64,000 nucleotides of DNA from an uncultured Pseudomonadota bacterium (lineage in GTDB: Bacteria; Pseudomonadota; Alphaproteobacteria; Rs-D84), in contig CASFOK010000004.1 in NCBI GenBank assembly GCA_949296475.1, positions 861-64,860 of the forward strand. The letters run 5' to 3'. Made by a program: the position numbers and the translations under genes. Under the pieces are notes generated by a model. That model had not been told where the DNA came from. It saw only the letters and a list, made by a program, of their open reading frames with translations, and made no database searches. Positions 1-7,413 of this stretch are shown in pieces (the first letter of the stretch is position 1; the number at the start of each line of letters is the position of its first letter).

Positions 1-1
1 C

Positions 2-211
2 TTTTTAAAAAATAATAACAAAATATCAAAAAAAACCGTGATGAATACCACGCAGTCTGCATTAAATGCAAAATCGCAGAACGCGCAGGAAATTTCACAA
101 AATACAGTTAACGGCTTAGACCTGAAAAATTATTATAAAAAACTATTTCAAATTACTGAAAAAATAAACCTGGCTAAATTTTTACATAAAGGTAAACCAC
201 GTACTCGTTAA
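2..211 (+). CDS. 3' end of an ORF entering from upstream of the window (hypothetical, partial)
   Basis: Frame is open from base 2 to TAA at 209-211. An internal ATG at 41 would give only 57 aa. A hairpin terminator follows. No recognisable domain. Confidence 0.25.
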   Translation, partial: FLKNNNKISKKTVMNTTQSALNAKSQNAQEISQNTVNGLDLKNYYKKLFQITEKINLAKFLHKGKPRTR

Positions 212-227
212 AAATCACAGTTATATA

Positions 228-257
228 AATCGTCTTGGTTTTATTTCCAAGACGATT
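228..257. terminator. Bidirectional hairpin between convergent genes
   Basis: AATCGTCTTGG / CCAAGACGATT inverted repeat with a T-rich loop, lying between the partial ORF and the GT2 gene. Confidence 0.5.
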
Positions 258-288
258 ACATAAATTTGACATAAAACAAAAAATAATT

Positions 289-1194
289 TTATATATGCCA
301 ACCCATTGTTTTCTGTTTATTGCTTACTTTTAAAACAGGGATTAAACCAAATAGTTTATATTTTTCAATGCCCATATCATTATCAGCAACAGACGTTAAA
401 ATAGGAAAAACATTAAATAAAAGCCACTTGTAATTATAGCGTTTATCGTATGTAGGTTTTACGTCAAATTGGCATAAAAACACATACGTATCTATTCTGG
501 CGCGCCTATAATACATCCAACGTAATTTTCTTGTTTTTTTGACCGCAGACATAGAATTTGGGCGGTTTTTATACCAATAAGTGACACCTGGTACAAAAAC
601 AATACGATTACAGTTATACACTACTTTTGTCATAGTTAAAATATCCGAATAATATATCATATCCATCGGAAACGAAAACCTGTTATATTCCCAAAAACTT
701 CTTTTTATGATAAAACGCGAAGAAATTCCGCATTTATCAACACGTGTTTCGTTTATTTTATCTTGTGGTACGGACAAAACACATTCACCGTCAAAAACAA
801 CGCTGTTATGTCTATTTCGTTCGTTTATATAAGAAGCCACGGCAACGTCGGCATCAACTTGTTTTGCGCTGTCGTACAATTTTTTATAAAAATCTGGGTT
901 TATAACATCATCTGCGTCATAAAAATGAATATATTCACCCTTGGCATGTTTTACTGCCGAATTTCTTGCGTTTGCCACGCCCTGCTGATATTCTGCCCTT
1001 ATGACATGTAAATTCATATTTGAATAATCTTTAAAATATTGCTGAATTGTGAACGCCGTATCATCGGTACAACCGTCTAGAAACATGATTATCTCTATAT
1101 CTTTTTGTGGCAAAGTTTGCGTTCTTATACAATCCAACGTTTGCCTGATGTACCCTGCACAATTATATGCCGGTATTATAACCGATATTTTCAT
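289..1194 (-). CDS. Family 2 glycosyltransferase
   Basis: N-terminal ISVIIPAYNCAGYI...LDGCTDDT and a YDADD (DxD) motif, typical of GT2 enzymes. Confidence 0.85.
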   Translation of the reverse strand: MKISVIIPAYNCAGYIRQTLDCIRTQTLPQKDIEIIMFLDGCTDDTAFTIQQYFKDYSNMNLHVIRAEYQQGVANARNSAVKHAKGEYIHFYDADDVINPDFYKKLYDSAKQVDADVAVASYINERNRHNSVVFDGECVLSVPQDKINETRVDKCGISSRFIIKRSFWEYNRFSFPMDMIYYSDILTMTKVVYNCNRIVFVPGVTYWYKNRPNSMSAVKKTRKLRWMYYRRARIDTYVFLCQFDVKPTYDKRYNYKWLLFNVFPILTSVADNDMGIEKYKLFGLIPVLKVSNKQKTMGWHI

Positions 1195-1220
1195 ATTAAT
1201 CCCCCATGTTAAGAATTAAA

Positions 1221-1240
1221 CCGCCAAAGGAATTTGGCGG
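1221..1240 (-). promoter_or_regulatory. Terminator-like hairpin about 20 nt upstream of the GT2 RBS (possible expression platform of a leader RNA)
   Basis: On the minus strand, CCGCCAAA-TTCC-TTTGGCGG is followed by TTTAATTCTT, then the GGGGGA RBS and ATG at 1194. Confidence 0.35.
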
Positions 1241-1643
1241 TCGGGGAGTTAGCAATCAATACATGTATGATTCCGTTGCTTTCGGTTTTTACCTGTTTTA
1301 TAACAAACGGCCCCCCGACCCATTAAAAGGAACGGGGATATAACGATGCATAAGCACCGAAACATCAGATTAACGATGCTTACGCACCGCATGTATAGGC
1401 TTGCTACAGCCCCGAAGCCACATCCCTGTGGATTCAGGCATATGATATATCATTCTTTTTAATAACGCAAAATAAAATCTATAAAAATCAACGAAAGACG
1501 CAGAAAACTGCGGAAGCAATTCTGACAGATATCCCAAACCGCTGCGCCACCTTGCAAAATCGCCATGCGGTGACCGGCGTTATCCCGCCTTTTTGCTGCG
1601 GTTCAAACCCCTTGTTCGGGGGTTTTCGTCCCACATCCATAGC

Positions 1644-1672
1644 ATAAAAAAATCGCCCGTTTGGGCGATTGT
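1644..1672. terminator. Intrinsic terminator downstream of tRNA-Val(TAC); bidirectional shape
   Basis: AATCGCCC-GTTT-GGGCGATT stem, flanked by an A-run on one side and a T-run on the other. Confidence 0.6.
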
Positions 1673-1677
1673 TTTTC

Positions 1678-1754
1678 TGGTGGATGTTGAGGGACTCAAA
1701 CCCCCGACCCTCTCGGTGTAAACGAGATGCTCTAATCAACTGAGCTAAACATCC
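1678..1754 (-). tRNA. tRNA-Val (anticodon TAC), CCA encoded
   Basis: Hand-folded cloverleaf: acceptor GGATGTT/AACATCC, D arm GCTC..GAGC, anticodon arm TCTCG-TTTACAC-CGAGA, T arm GGGGG-TTTGAGT-CCCTC, 3' ACCA. Confidence 0.9.
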
Positions 1755-1802
1755 GAAACAGCGCGATTATAATAAACCATTTTTTCCCACTTGTCCAGTT
1801 TT

Positions 1803-2102
1803 TTATTCTGGCATTGGAACGCCCGCTGTCGCTTCCCCCATAACCTTGTCTATTAACTCGTCTGCCTTTGCCTTGGCATCACGATAAGCCAACGATACCA
1901 GCTCTGCAACTTTGTCTGCACCATAAGCCAAAGCATCTTCGCTGATTTTTACATCAACTAAATCATACTTACCAGTCATGTCAATAATGCAGGCACCTTT
2001 TCCGGAAATTCCTTTTACGTGCATTTTATCTAACTTTTCTTGTGCATCGTTAACTTTGCTCTGCAGAGCATTTGCTTGGGCCAATAAAGCTTCCATATCC
2101 AT
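1803..2102 (-). CDS. ybaB: YbaB/EbfC family nucleoid-associated protein
   Basis: About 99 aa with the family pattern (MEALLAQANALQSKV...HVKGISGKGACIIDMTGKYDL). Start moved to the ATG preceded by AAGGAGAG. Confidence 0.85.
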   Translation of the reverse strand: MDMEALLAQANALQSKVNDAQEKLDKMHVKGISGKGACIIDMTGKYDLVDVKISEDALAYGADKVAELVSLAYRDAKAKADELIDKVMGEATAGVPMPE

Positions 2103-2158
2103 ATTTCTCTCCTTAATAAAAAGTCGGTCACCCCATATAAACACGGGGTGACAACTTA

Positions 2159-4327
2159 TTATTTTTCTATTTCTTTGCCTGTCTTTTGATCAATACCGAC
2201 CATAGACATACGCGTTTTTCCACGTTTATCCGCGCCAAGGTATTTTACAAATACTTTGTCGCCTTCTTTTATTTTAGCGTCTGTAATCTTGGCCAGTCTT
2301 TCACCCGTGATTTCAGAGATATGAACCATTGACTCAAAACCGTTCAAGATTTTTACAAACAATCCAAAATCTTTTACCCCAGATACAGTACCTTCATAAA
2401 TCATGCCAACTTCTGGCTCTGCAACAATCTCTTTTATACGTCTGATTGCTTCGTCTGCATCTTCTTTGGCCGTTGCCATGATTTTGATAGAGCCATCATC
2501 TTCTAAATCAATCTGGGTATTTGTTTCACGGGTCAGTGCCTGTATCACGGCACCGCCTTTGCCGATAACGTCACGAACTTTATCCGGATTGATTTTCATA
2601 GAATAGGCCTGTGGGGCAAATTCAGACACATGCTTGCGTGGGGCTTTGATTGCTTTTTCAATCTTGCCTAATATATGCATGCGACCGTCTTTCGCCTGCG
2701 CCAACGCCTTTTCCATAATTTCAAACGTAATAGACGTTATTTTTATGTCCATTTGCAAGGCAGTGATGCCCTCTTTCGTTCCGGTTACCTTAAAGTCCAT
2801 ATCACCAAGATGGTCTTCATCGCCTAAGATATCCGTTAAGATGGCATAATCATCGCCTTCTTTGATTAAACCCATTGCGATACCTGCAACGGGACGCTTT
2901 AATGGTACGCCACCGTCCATCATTGCCAATGTGGCACCACACGTCGTCGCCATTGACGATGAACCGTTTGATTCCAAAATGTCGGAAACAATGCGGATAA
3001 CATAATCAAACTCGCTACGGCTTGGCACCATTGGATGTACTGCACGCCACGCCAAGTTTCCATGACCTATTTCACGACGTCCAGGTGATTTTAACCCCTT
3101 GGCTTCGCCAACAGAATATCCAGGGAAATTATAGTTTAATATGAAATCTCTTTCTTCGGCACCATCCAAAGATTCAATCGGTAAAGCATCTTTGCCACCG
3201 CCCAAAGTCAACGATACCAAAGCCTGCGTTTCCCCGCGCGTGAACAGCGCAGAACCATGCGCACGCGGTAATATTCCCAACTCTATTTCAATCGGACGTA
3301 CTGTTTTATTATCGCGACCGTCAATACGAGGCTTGCCAGCCAATATGTTGCCACGCATAATACGTGCAGTCAGACCTTCTATAATCTCGTCCGCCCACGA
3401 TTCCAAAGTAGATGTAGCAGTTGTAGTTTCTGGGAATAATTCTGGAATGCGAGCCTTAGCCGCAGCATGTATATTGCCCAAAGTTTCTAAACGAACCAAT
3501 TTCTCTTTTATCTGCAAAGCTGACTCTATATCGCCAGCAAAAGATTCAAAATCCTTTTGCATCGCAATATATTCATCTGAATGTTCGGGCGTTTCCCAAC
3601 GTTCTTTGCCGGCTTTTTCTGTTAATTCGTTAATCGCCTTGATTACTGCCTGCTGCGCATCAAAGCCGAATTTTACAGCACCCAAAGTAGTTGCTTCGTC
3701 TAACTCACCAATTTCAGATTCAACCATCAAAACCCCGTCTTTGGTTGCAGCAACTACCAAATCCATCTCAGACTCTTCAGTTTCTTTCTTTGAAGGATTC
3801 AAAATATATTTACCGTCCATATATCCAACGCGTGCCGCACCAATAGGACCTGCAAAAGGAACACCAGACAACGCCAACGCAGCGCTTGATGCAATCATAG
3901 CCAAGATATCCGGTTGATTCTTTTTATCATATGAAAAAACCTGTGCGATAATTTGAACTTTGTTTTTAAACGTTTCCGGGAACAACGGACGTATAGGTCT
4001 ATCTATCAAACGTGCAATTAATGTTTCTGACGTAGACGCCTTGCCTTCACGTCTATCCCGAGAGCCAGGAATACGTCCCGCAGACGCAAATTTTTCTTGG
4101 TAATCAACCGTCAGCGGAAAGAAATCTTGTCCTTCAACAGCCGTTTTTTCTGCACAAACAGTTGCCAACACCATTGTTCCGCCCATCGTAGCCAGCACAG
4201 AACCGTTTGCCTGTTTTGCCATGCGCCCCGTTTCCAATCGCAACGTTTCATCACCGTATTTTATTTCAACGCCAACGGGATTATTTAAGTGATTTTTTTC
4301 ATCTTTATTAAACAAACCAAATAACAT
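2159..4327 (-). CDS. pnp: Polyribonucleotide nucleotidyltransferase (PNPase)
   Basis: 722 aa with two RNase PH domains plus KH and S1 domains. Conserved rpsO-pnp synteny. Confidence 0.97.
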   Translation of the reverse strand: MLFGLFNKDEKNHLNNPVGVEIKYGDETLRLETGRMAKQANGSVLATMGGTMVLATVCAEKTAVEGQDFFPLTVDYQEKFASAGRIPGSRDRREGKASTSETLIARLIDRPIRPLFPETFKNKVQIIAQVFSYDKKNQPDILAMIASSAALALSGVPFAGPIGAARVGYMDGKYILNPSKKETEESEMDLVVAATKDGVLMVESEIGELDEATTLGAVKFGFDAQQAVIKAINELTEKAGKERWETPEHSDEYIAMQKDFESFAGDIESALQIKEKLVRLETLGNIHAAAKARIPELFPETTTATSTLESWADEIIEGLTARIMRGNILAGKPRIDGRDNKTVRPIEIELGILPRAHGSALFTRGETQALVSLTLGGGKDALPIESLDGAEERDFILNYNFPGYSVGEAKGLKSPGRREIGHGNLAWRAVHPMVPSRSEFDYVIRIVSDILESNGSSSMATTCGATLAMMDGGVPLKRPVAGIAMGLIKEGDDYAILTDILGDEDHLGDMDFKVTGTKEGITALQMDIKITSITFEIMEKALAQAKDGRMHILGKIEKAIKAPRKHVSEFAPQAYSMKINPDKVRDVIGKGGAVIQALTRETNTQIDLEDDGSIKIMATAKEDADEAIRRIKEIVAEPEVGMIYEGTVSGVKDFGLFVKILNGFESMVHISEITGERLAKITDAKIKEGDKVFVKYLGADKRGKTRMSMVGIDQKTGKEIEK

Positions 4328-4354
4328 TTATTTCTCCATTTTTGTTAACTTAAT

Positions 4355-4427
4355 AAATGCGAAGAAAAATCATTCGTTTTTGCATTCTTGTATAAATGCA
4401 AGAAAGAATAATTTCTCCTTCGCATTT
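4355..4427 (-). promoter_or_regulatory. Long imperfect hairpin in the pnp 5' leader
   Basis: AAATGCGAAG (4355-4364) pairs perfectly with CTTCGCATTT (4418-4427). An inner TGCATT/AATGCA stem is also present. Located between rpsO and pnp. Confidence 0.45.
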
Positions 4428-4460
4428 CAGATTATAAAATATATTTATCTGTTTGCAAAT

Positions 4461-4488
4461 AAAAATCCGGCGCACTGGCCGGATATTT
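4461..4488 (-). terminator. rpsO terminator/attenuator
   Basis: ATCCGGC-N6-GCCGGAT stem followed by a T-run on the minus strand, immediately after the rpsO stop. Confidence 0.6.
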
Positions 4489-4761
4489 TTATTTACGCAA
4501 ACCTAATTTCTTAATCAAAGTTTCGTATTCTGCCAGGTTACGTTTTTTGATGTAAGCCAACAGTTTTTTGCGACGATTAACCATTAACAACAAACCACGT
4601 TTAGAATGTTCGTCGTTATGATTATCTTTCATATGCTTTGTTAAGTTACGAATGCGTTCTGTTAAGACAGCAACTTGTGATGCAGCGGAACCACCATTGT
4701 CCTTTTCTGTAGTTTTAAAAGCCTGGATTAATTCCGTCTTTTTTTCTTTTGTTATGGACAT
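4489..4761 (-). CDS. rpsO: 30S ribosomal protein S15
   Basis: 90 aa with conserved S15 sequence (GSAASQVAVLTERIRNLTKHMKDNHNDEHSKRGLL). Confidence 0.95.
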   Translation of the reverse strand: MSITKEKKTELIQAFKTTEKDNGGSAASQVAVLTERIRNLTKHMKDNHNDEHSKRGLLLMVNRRKKLLAYIKKRNLAEYETLIKKLGLRK

Positions 4762-4778
4762 TACTTTTCCTTTTTTAG

Positions 4779-5657
4779 TTATATTGTTCGCTTTGGACGC
4801 AAGAACCCGTCAGATACGACACCTATACCAACAAAATGTTTATTGTTGTATACGCGCCACATTCCATCAGCAGCGTCTGTTTTGATAAAACCACCGTGTT
4901 TATAAAAATCGGCCTGTTTATCATCCAGATTTTGAACCGGAATGTCCCCCAGTCCAAAATCAATCTGTTTCAAGTACCCCTTGAAATCTGCACCATTATT
5001 AAACAAATTTTCCAAAAAATCAAGTTTTACACAATCTTTTATATCAAAACCATTCGTTTGCGTTCTGCGAATCATGTCAACCGTCGCCAAAGTACCGCAT
5101 TTTTCCGCAATATCCCCCGCCAACGAACGAACATAAGTTCCGCGGCTACACACCACCCTAAACTGCCAAGAATCGTCTATTCTTCCGACATAATCCAGCG
5201 AATATATTGTGACCATACGTTTAGGAATATCTATTTTTTTACCGGCACGCGCCAACTCATACGCCCTGCTTCCATCAACGTGCACGGCACTGTACATCGG
5301 TGGAACCTGGGCCGTTTTCCCAATAAAAGACGGTAAAACAGACAAAACTTGTTTTTCATCCGGCACAAAACCCGTATTTGCGATTTCTGTGCCACTTGTA
5401 TCCAAAGTGTCTGTTTCAAACCCAAAACGTAATGAAAATAAATATTGCTTCTTACCGTCAGAAGAATCTTCCATAAAAGGAATCATTTTTGTAGCCGCGT
5501 CCAGCGCAATCGGCAAAACGCCAGAAGCCATCGGGTCAAGCGTACCAATATGTCCAAAAGTTTTTGCACCAAACATTCGCGCCACGCGCGCACCAGCACT
5601 ACGACTGCTGATGCCAGATGGCTTATCTAATAAAACGAACCCGGATGCATTGCACAT
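4779..5657 (-). CDS. truB: tRNA pseudouridine-55 synthase
   Basis: GFVLLDKPSGISS...HIGTLDPMASGVLPI motif. Conserved truB-rpsO-pnp synteny. Confidence 0.93.
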   Translation of the reverse strand: MCNASGFVLLDKPSGISSRSAGARVARMFGAKTFGHIGTLDPMASGVLPIALDAATKMIPFMEDSSDGKKQYLFSLRFGFETDTLDTSGTEIANTGFVPDEKQVLSVLPSFIGKTAQVPPMYSAVHVDGSRAYELARAGKKIDIPKRMVTIYSLDYVGRIDDSWQFRVVCSRGTYVRSLAGDIAEKCGTLATVDMIRRTQTNGFDIKDCVKLDFLENLFNNGADFKGYLKQIDFGLGDIPVQNLDDKQADFYKHGGFIKTDAADGMWRVYNNKHFVGIGVVSDGFLRPKRTI

Positions 5658-5734
5658 AATGTAAATATTAAAAAGGTTTTTTTTCTTTTGTACAGGAAAA
5701 AATTCGTATATAATTCATATAAACGATACTTACT

Positions 5735-6376
5735 TTGTATAAAAAACGACAAAAACAGAGGAAAAAAACTTTGAAAAACCTTGTGATTATCGGCATTCCA
5801 CGTGCAGGGAAAACAACTTTGGCAAAGTCTGTGGCTCAAAAGATAGAGTCGGCCGGACATCCAGTATCTGTAATTTCTGCAGATGCGTTGGTTGGCGGTT
5901 TGACACAGATTCGTAAAAAGAATTTCTTTTATACTGCAATATACAGACCATTAAAACACGTATTTCCTGCCATGTCTCGTGCATACAAGGCCGGACTGAT
6001 ACGCGATTTACACAATGTTGCCACCCGTTTTTTATCTGAACAATCAGACGTATCTACGGTCGTTTATGAAGACGCTTACCTGACACCGACCATGGCAGCA
6101 AAAATGTTTGATAGAAAAAAATTTAAAATTATCGCGATTGGATATCCTAATGCAGATGTTGATAAAAAAATTGCAGATATCAGAAAGTTTGACGGTAAAA
6201 CACCCGCTAATCGCAGAAACGATGAAGATTTACGCGTATTTGTAAATTCTATGATAGACAACAGTCGTCGTTTAGAACACGATGCGAAAAAGCATAAAAT
6301 GCCTTTTATTGATACATCCCATGACTACCACGGGCAAATAAAAAAATTTACAAATAACGTATTAAAAATTTTATAA
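5735..6376 (+). CDS. P-loop NTPase / kinase-like hypothetical protein
   Basis: Walker A motif GIPRAGKTT near the N-terminus. The ORF-track start is TTG at 5735; an alternative TTG at 5771 follows AGAGGAAAAAA. No further family assignment is possible by eye. Confidence 0.55.
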   Translation: MYKKRQKQRKKTLKNLVIIGIPRAGKTTLAKSVAQKIESAGHPVSVISADALVGGLTQIRKKNFFYTAIYRPLKHVFPAMSRAYKAGLIRDLHNVATRFLSEQSDVSTVVYEDAYLTPTMAAKMFDRKKFKIIAIGYPNADVDKKIADIRKFDGKTPANRRNDEDLRVFVNSMIDNSRRLEHDAKKHKMPFIDTSHDYHGQIKKFTNNVLKIL

Positions 6377-6392
6377 AAAACTATTATCTGTA

Positions 6393-6899
6393 TTACCTGC
6401 TGTAGTCAATTAACCTTTCAGACAATACATTTGATAAAAATAACTCTAACTTAGAATCTTCTTCTGCAACATGCGGATAGACCTGCTGCAAGGTTTTTGG
6501 GTTTATAACGGTAAATTCAGCGTTTTTGTGCTGTCTTACCGTGTATTTTTCATAATGATTCTTTCTGGCAAATGGTATTTCTATGACATAATCTATAAAG
6601 TCCGTATTTTTCACGGGCATAGCCTCTACCCCGCGACCTGCCCACATTTTTTGCAGAAATGTAACATCTGATTTAATTCTATATCCATTTTCTGCAAACG
6701 AAAAGCAACGTCCCAGCCAGAAAATCGGCGGATACAAAGCAAAAGACTTATTGTAAGTATATGCCCTACCTCTTGCATCATAATTTTTAGAAAAATCAAA
6801 TGACTTTATAAAATTTCTTAGTTCGTATCCACGTAAAAACTCACGCTGGATTTCGTCGCCAAGTTTCGTATGAAAAACAATCAAAGGTTGCACATACAT
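6393..6899 (-). CDS. Hypothetical protein, tandem paralog A
   Basis: 168-aa ORF sharing blocks with the next gene: LRNFIKSFDF/LKNFLEDFDF, KSDV, and VINPKTLQQVYP/VIDLDRMLQVWP. Confidence 0.55.
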   Translation of the reverse strand: MYVQPLIVFHTKLGDEIQREFLRGYELRNFIKSFDFSKNYDARGRAYTYNKSFALYPPIFWLGRCFSFAENGYRIKSDVTFLQKMWAGRGVEAMPVKNTDFIDYVIEIPFARKNHYEKYTVRQHKNAEFTVINPKTLQQVYPHVAEEDSKLELFLSNVLSERLIDYSR

Positions 6900-6917
6900 A
6901 TTATCAATTCCTATTTA

Positions 6918-7406
6918 TTATCTTATTTTTATTTTGTTTTTTTCTTTTGCGGCCCGATTAAAAAATTTCGCCAGTTCCGTTCTAGATTTGTTACGTACAG
7001 GCCATACCTGCAGCATTCTATCTAAATCTATAACAGCATCCGCACTATGCTTTTTAAAAGGCACTTCTTTATATTCGCGTTCTATCATAGGTAAATTACG
7101 CCCTGGCTTATCCATAGGAACCTTGGCAAAAAGTTTTCCTTTATCGTCCTGACGCACAAAACGGCCTACAAGAAATTTAGGTCCCCATTTAACGTCAGAT
7201 TTATATAAAAAACCCTTTATTTTTAATTTTACACAAACGCCCAAAGTAAACTCTGGCAAGCTCGTTGGAAAATTGCTGGGTTTATGCGATTCCATAAAAT
7301 CAAAATCTTCTAAAAAGTTTTTTAATTTGTGTTTATTATCAAATTCTTTATATTTTGGTGCATAAAAATCTGTTTTAAACACATATACAGTTTCAACTTT
7401 CATCAT
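6918..7406 (-). CDS. Hypothetical protein, tandem paralog B
   Basis: Start trimmed to ATG after the AAGGTGG RBS, so it no longer overlaps the mutS stop. Paralogous to 6393-6899. Confidence 0.55.
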   Translation of the reverse strand: MMKVETVYVFKTDFYAPKYKEFDNKHKLKNFLEDFDFMESHKPSNFPTSLPEFTLGVCVKLKIKGFLYKSDVKWGPKFLVGRFVRQDDKGKLFAKVPMDKPGRNLPMIEREYKEVPFKKHSADAVIDLDRMLQVWPVRNKSRTELAKFFNRAAKEKNKIKIR

Positions 7407-7413
7407 ACCCACC

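Noticed and set aside
1195-1677. tmRNA (two-piece alphaproteobacterial ssrA), RNase P RNA or SRP RNA in the structured spacer
   Set aside because: Neither strand has a GAGGAAAGTCC-type RNase P core. There is no closing T-arm plus ...CCACCA acceptor end. No plausible AND.../...(L/V)AA tag reading frame was found, and no SRP GGAA/AGCA domain IV motif. A computational cmscan is still needed.
1488-1739. 83-aa minus-strand ORF
   Set aside because: It overlaps tRNA-Val(TAC) and its terminator hairpin. There is no RBS, and it is best explained as read-through of structured RNA sequence.
3141-3917. 258-aa plus-strand ORF
   Set aside because: It is entirely antisense to the strongly conserved pnp gene. 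Its low-complexity Ser/Ala/Pro-rich translation is typical of a shadow ORF.
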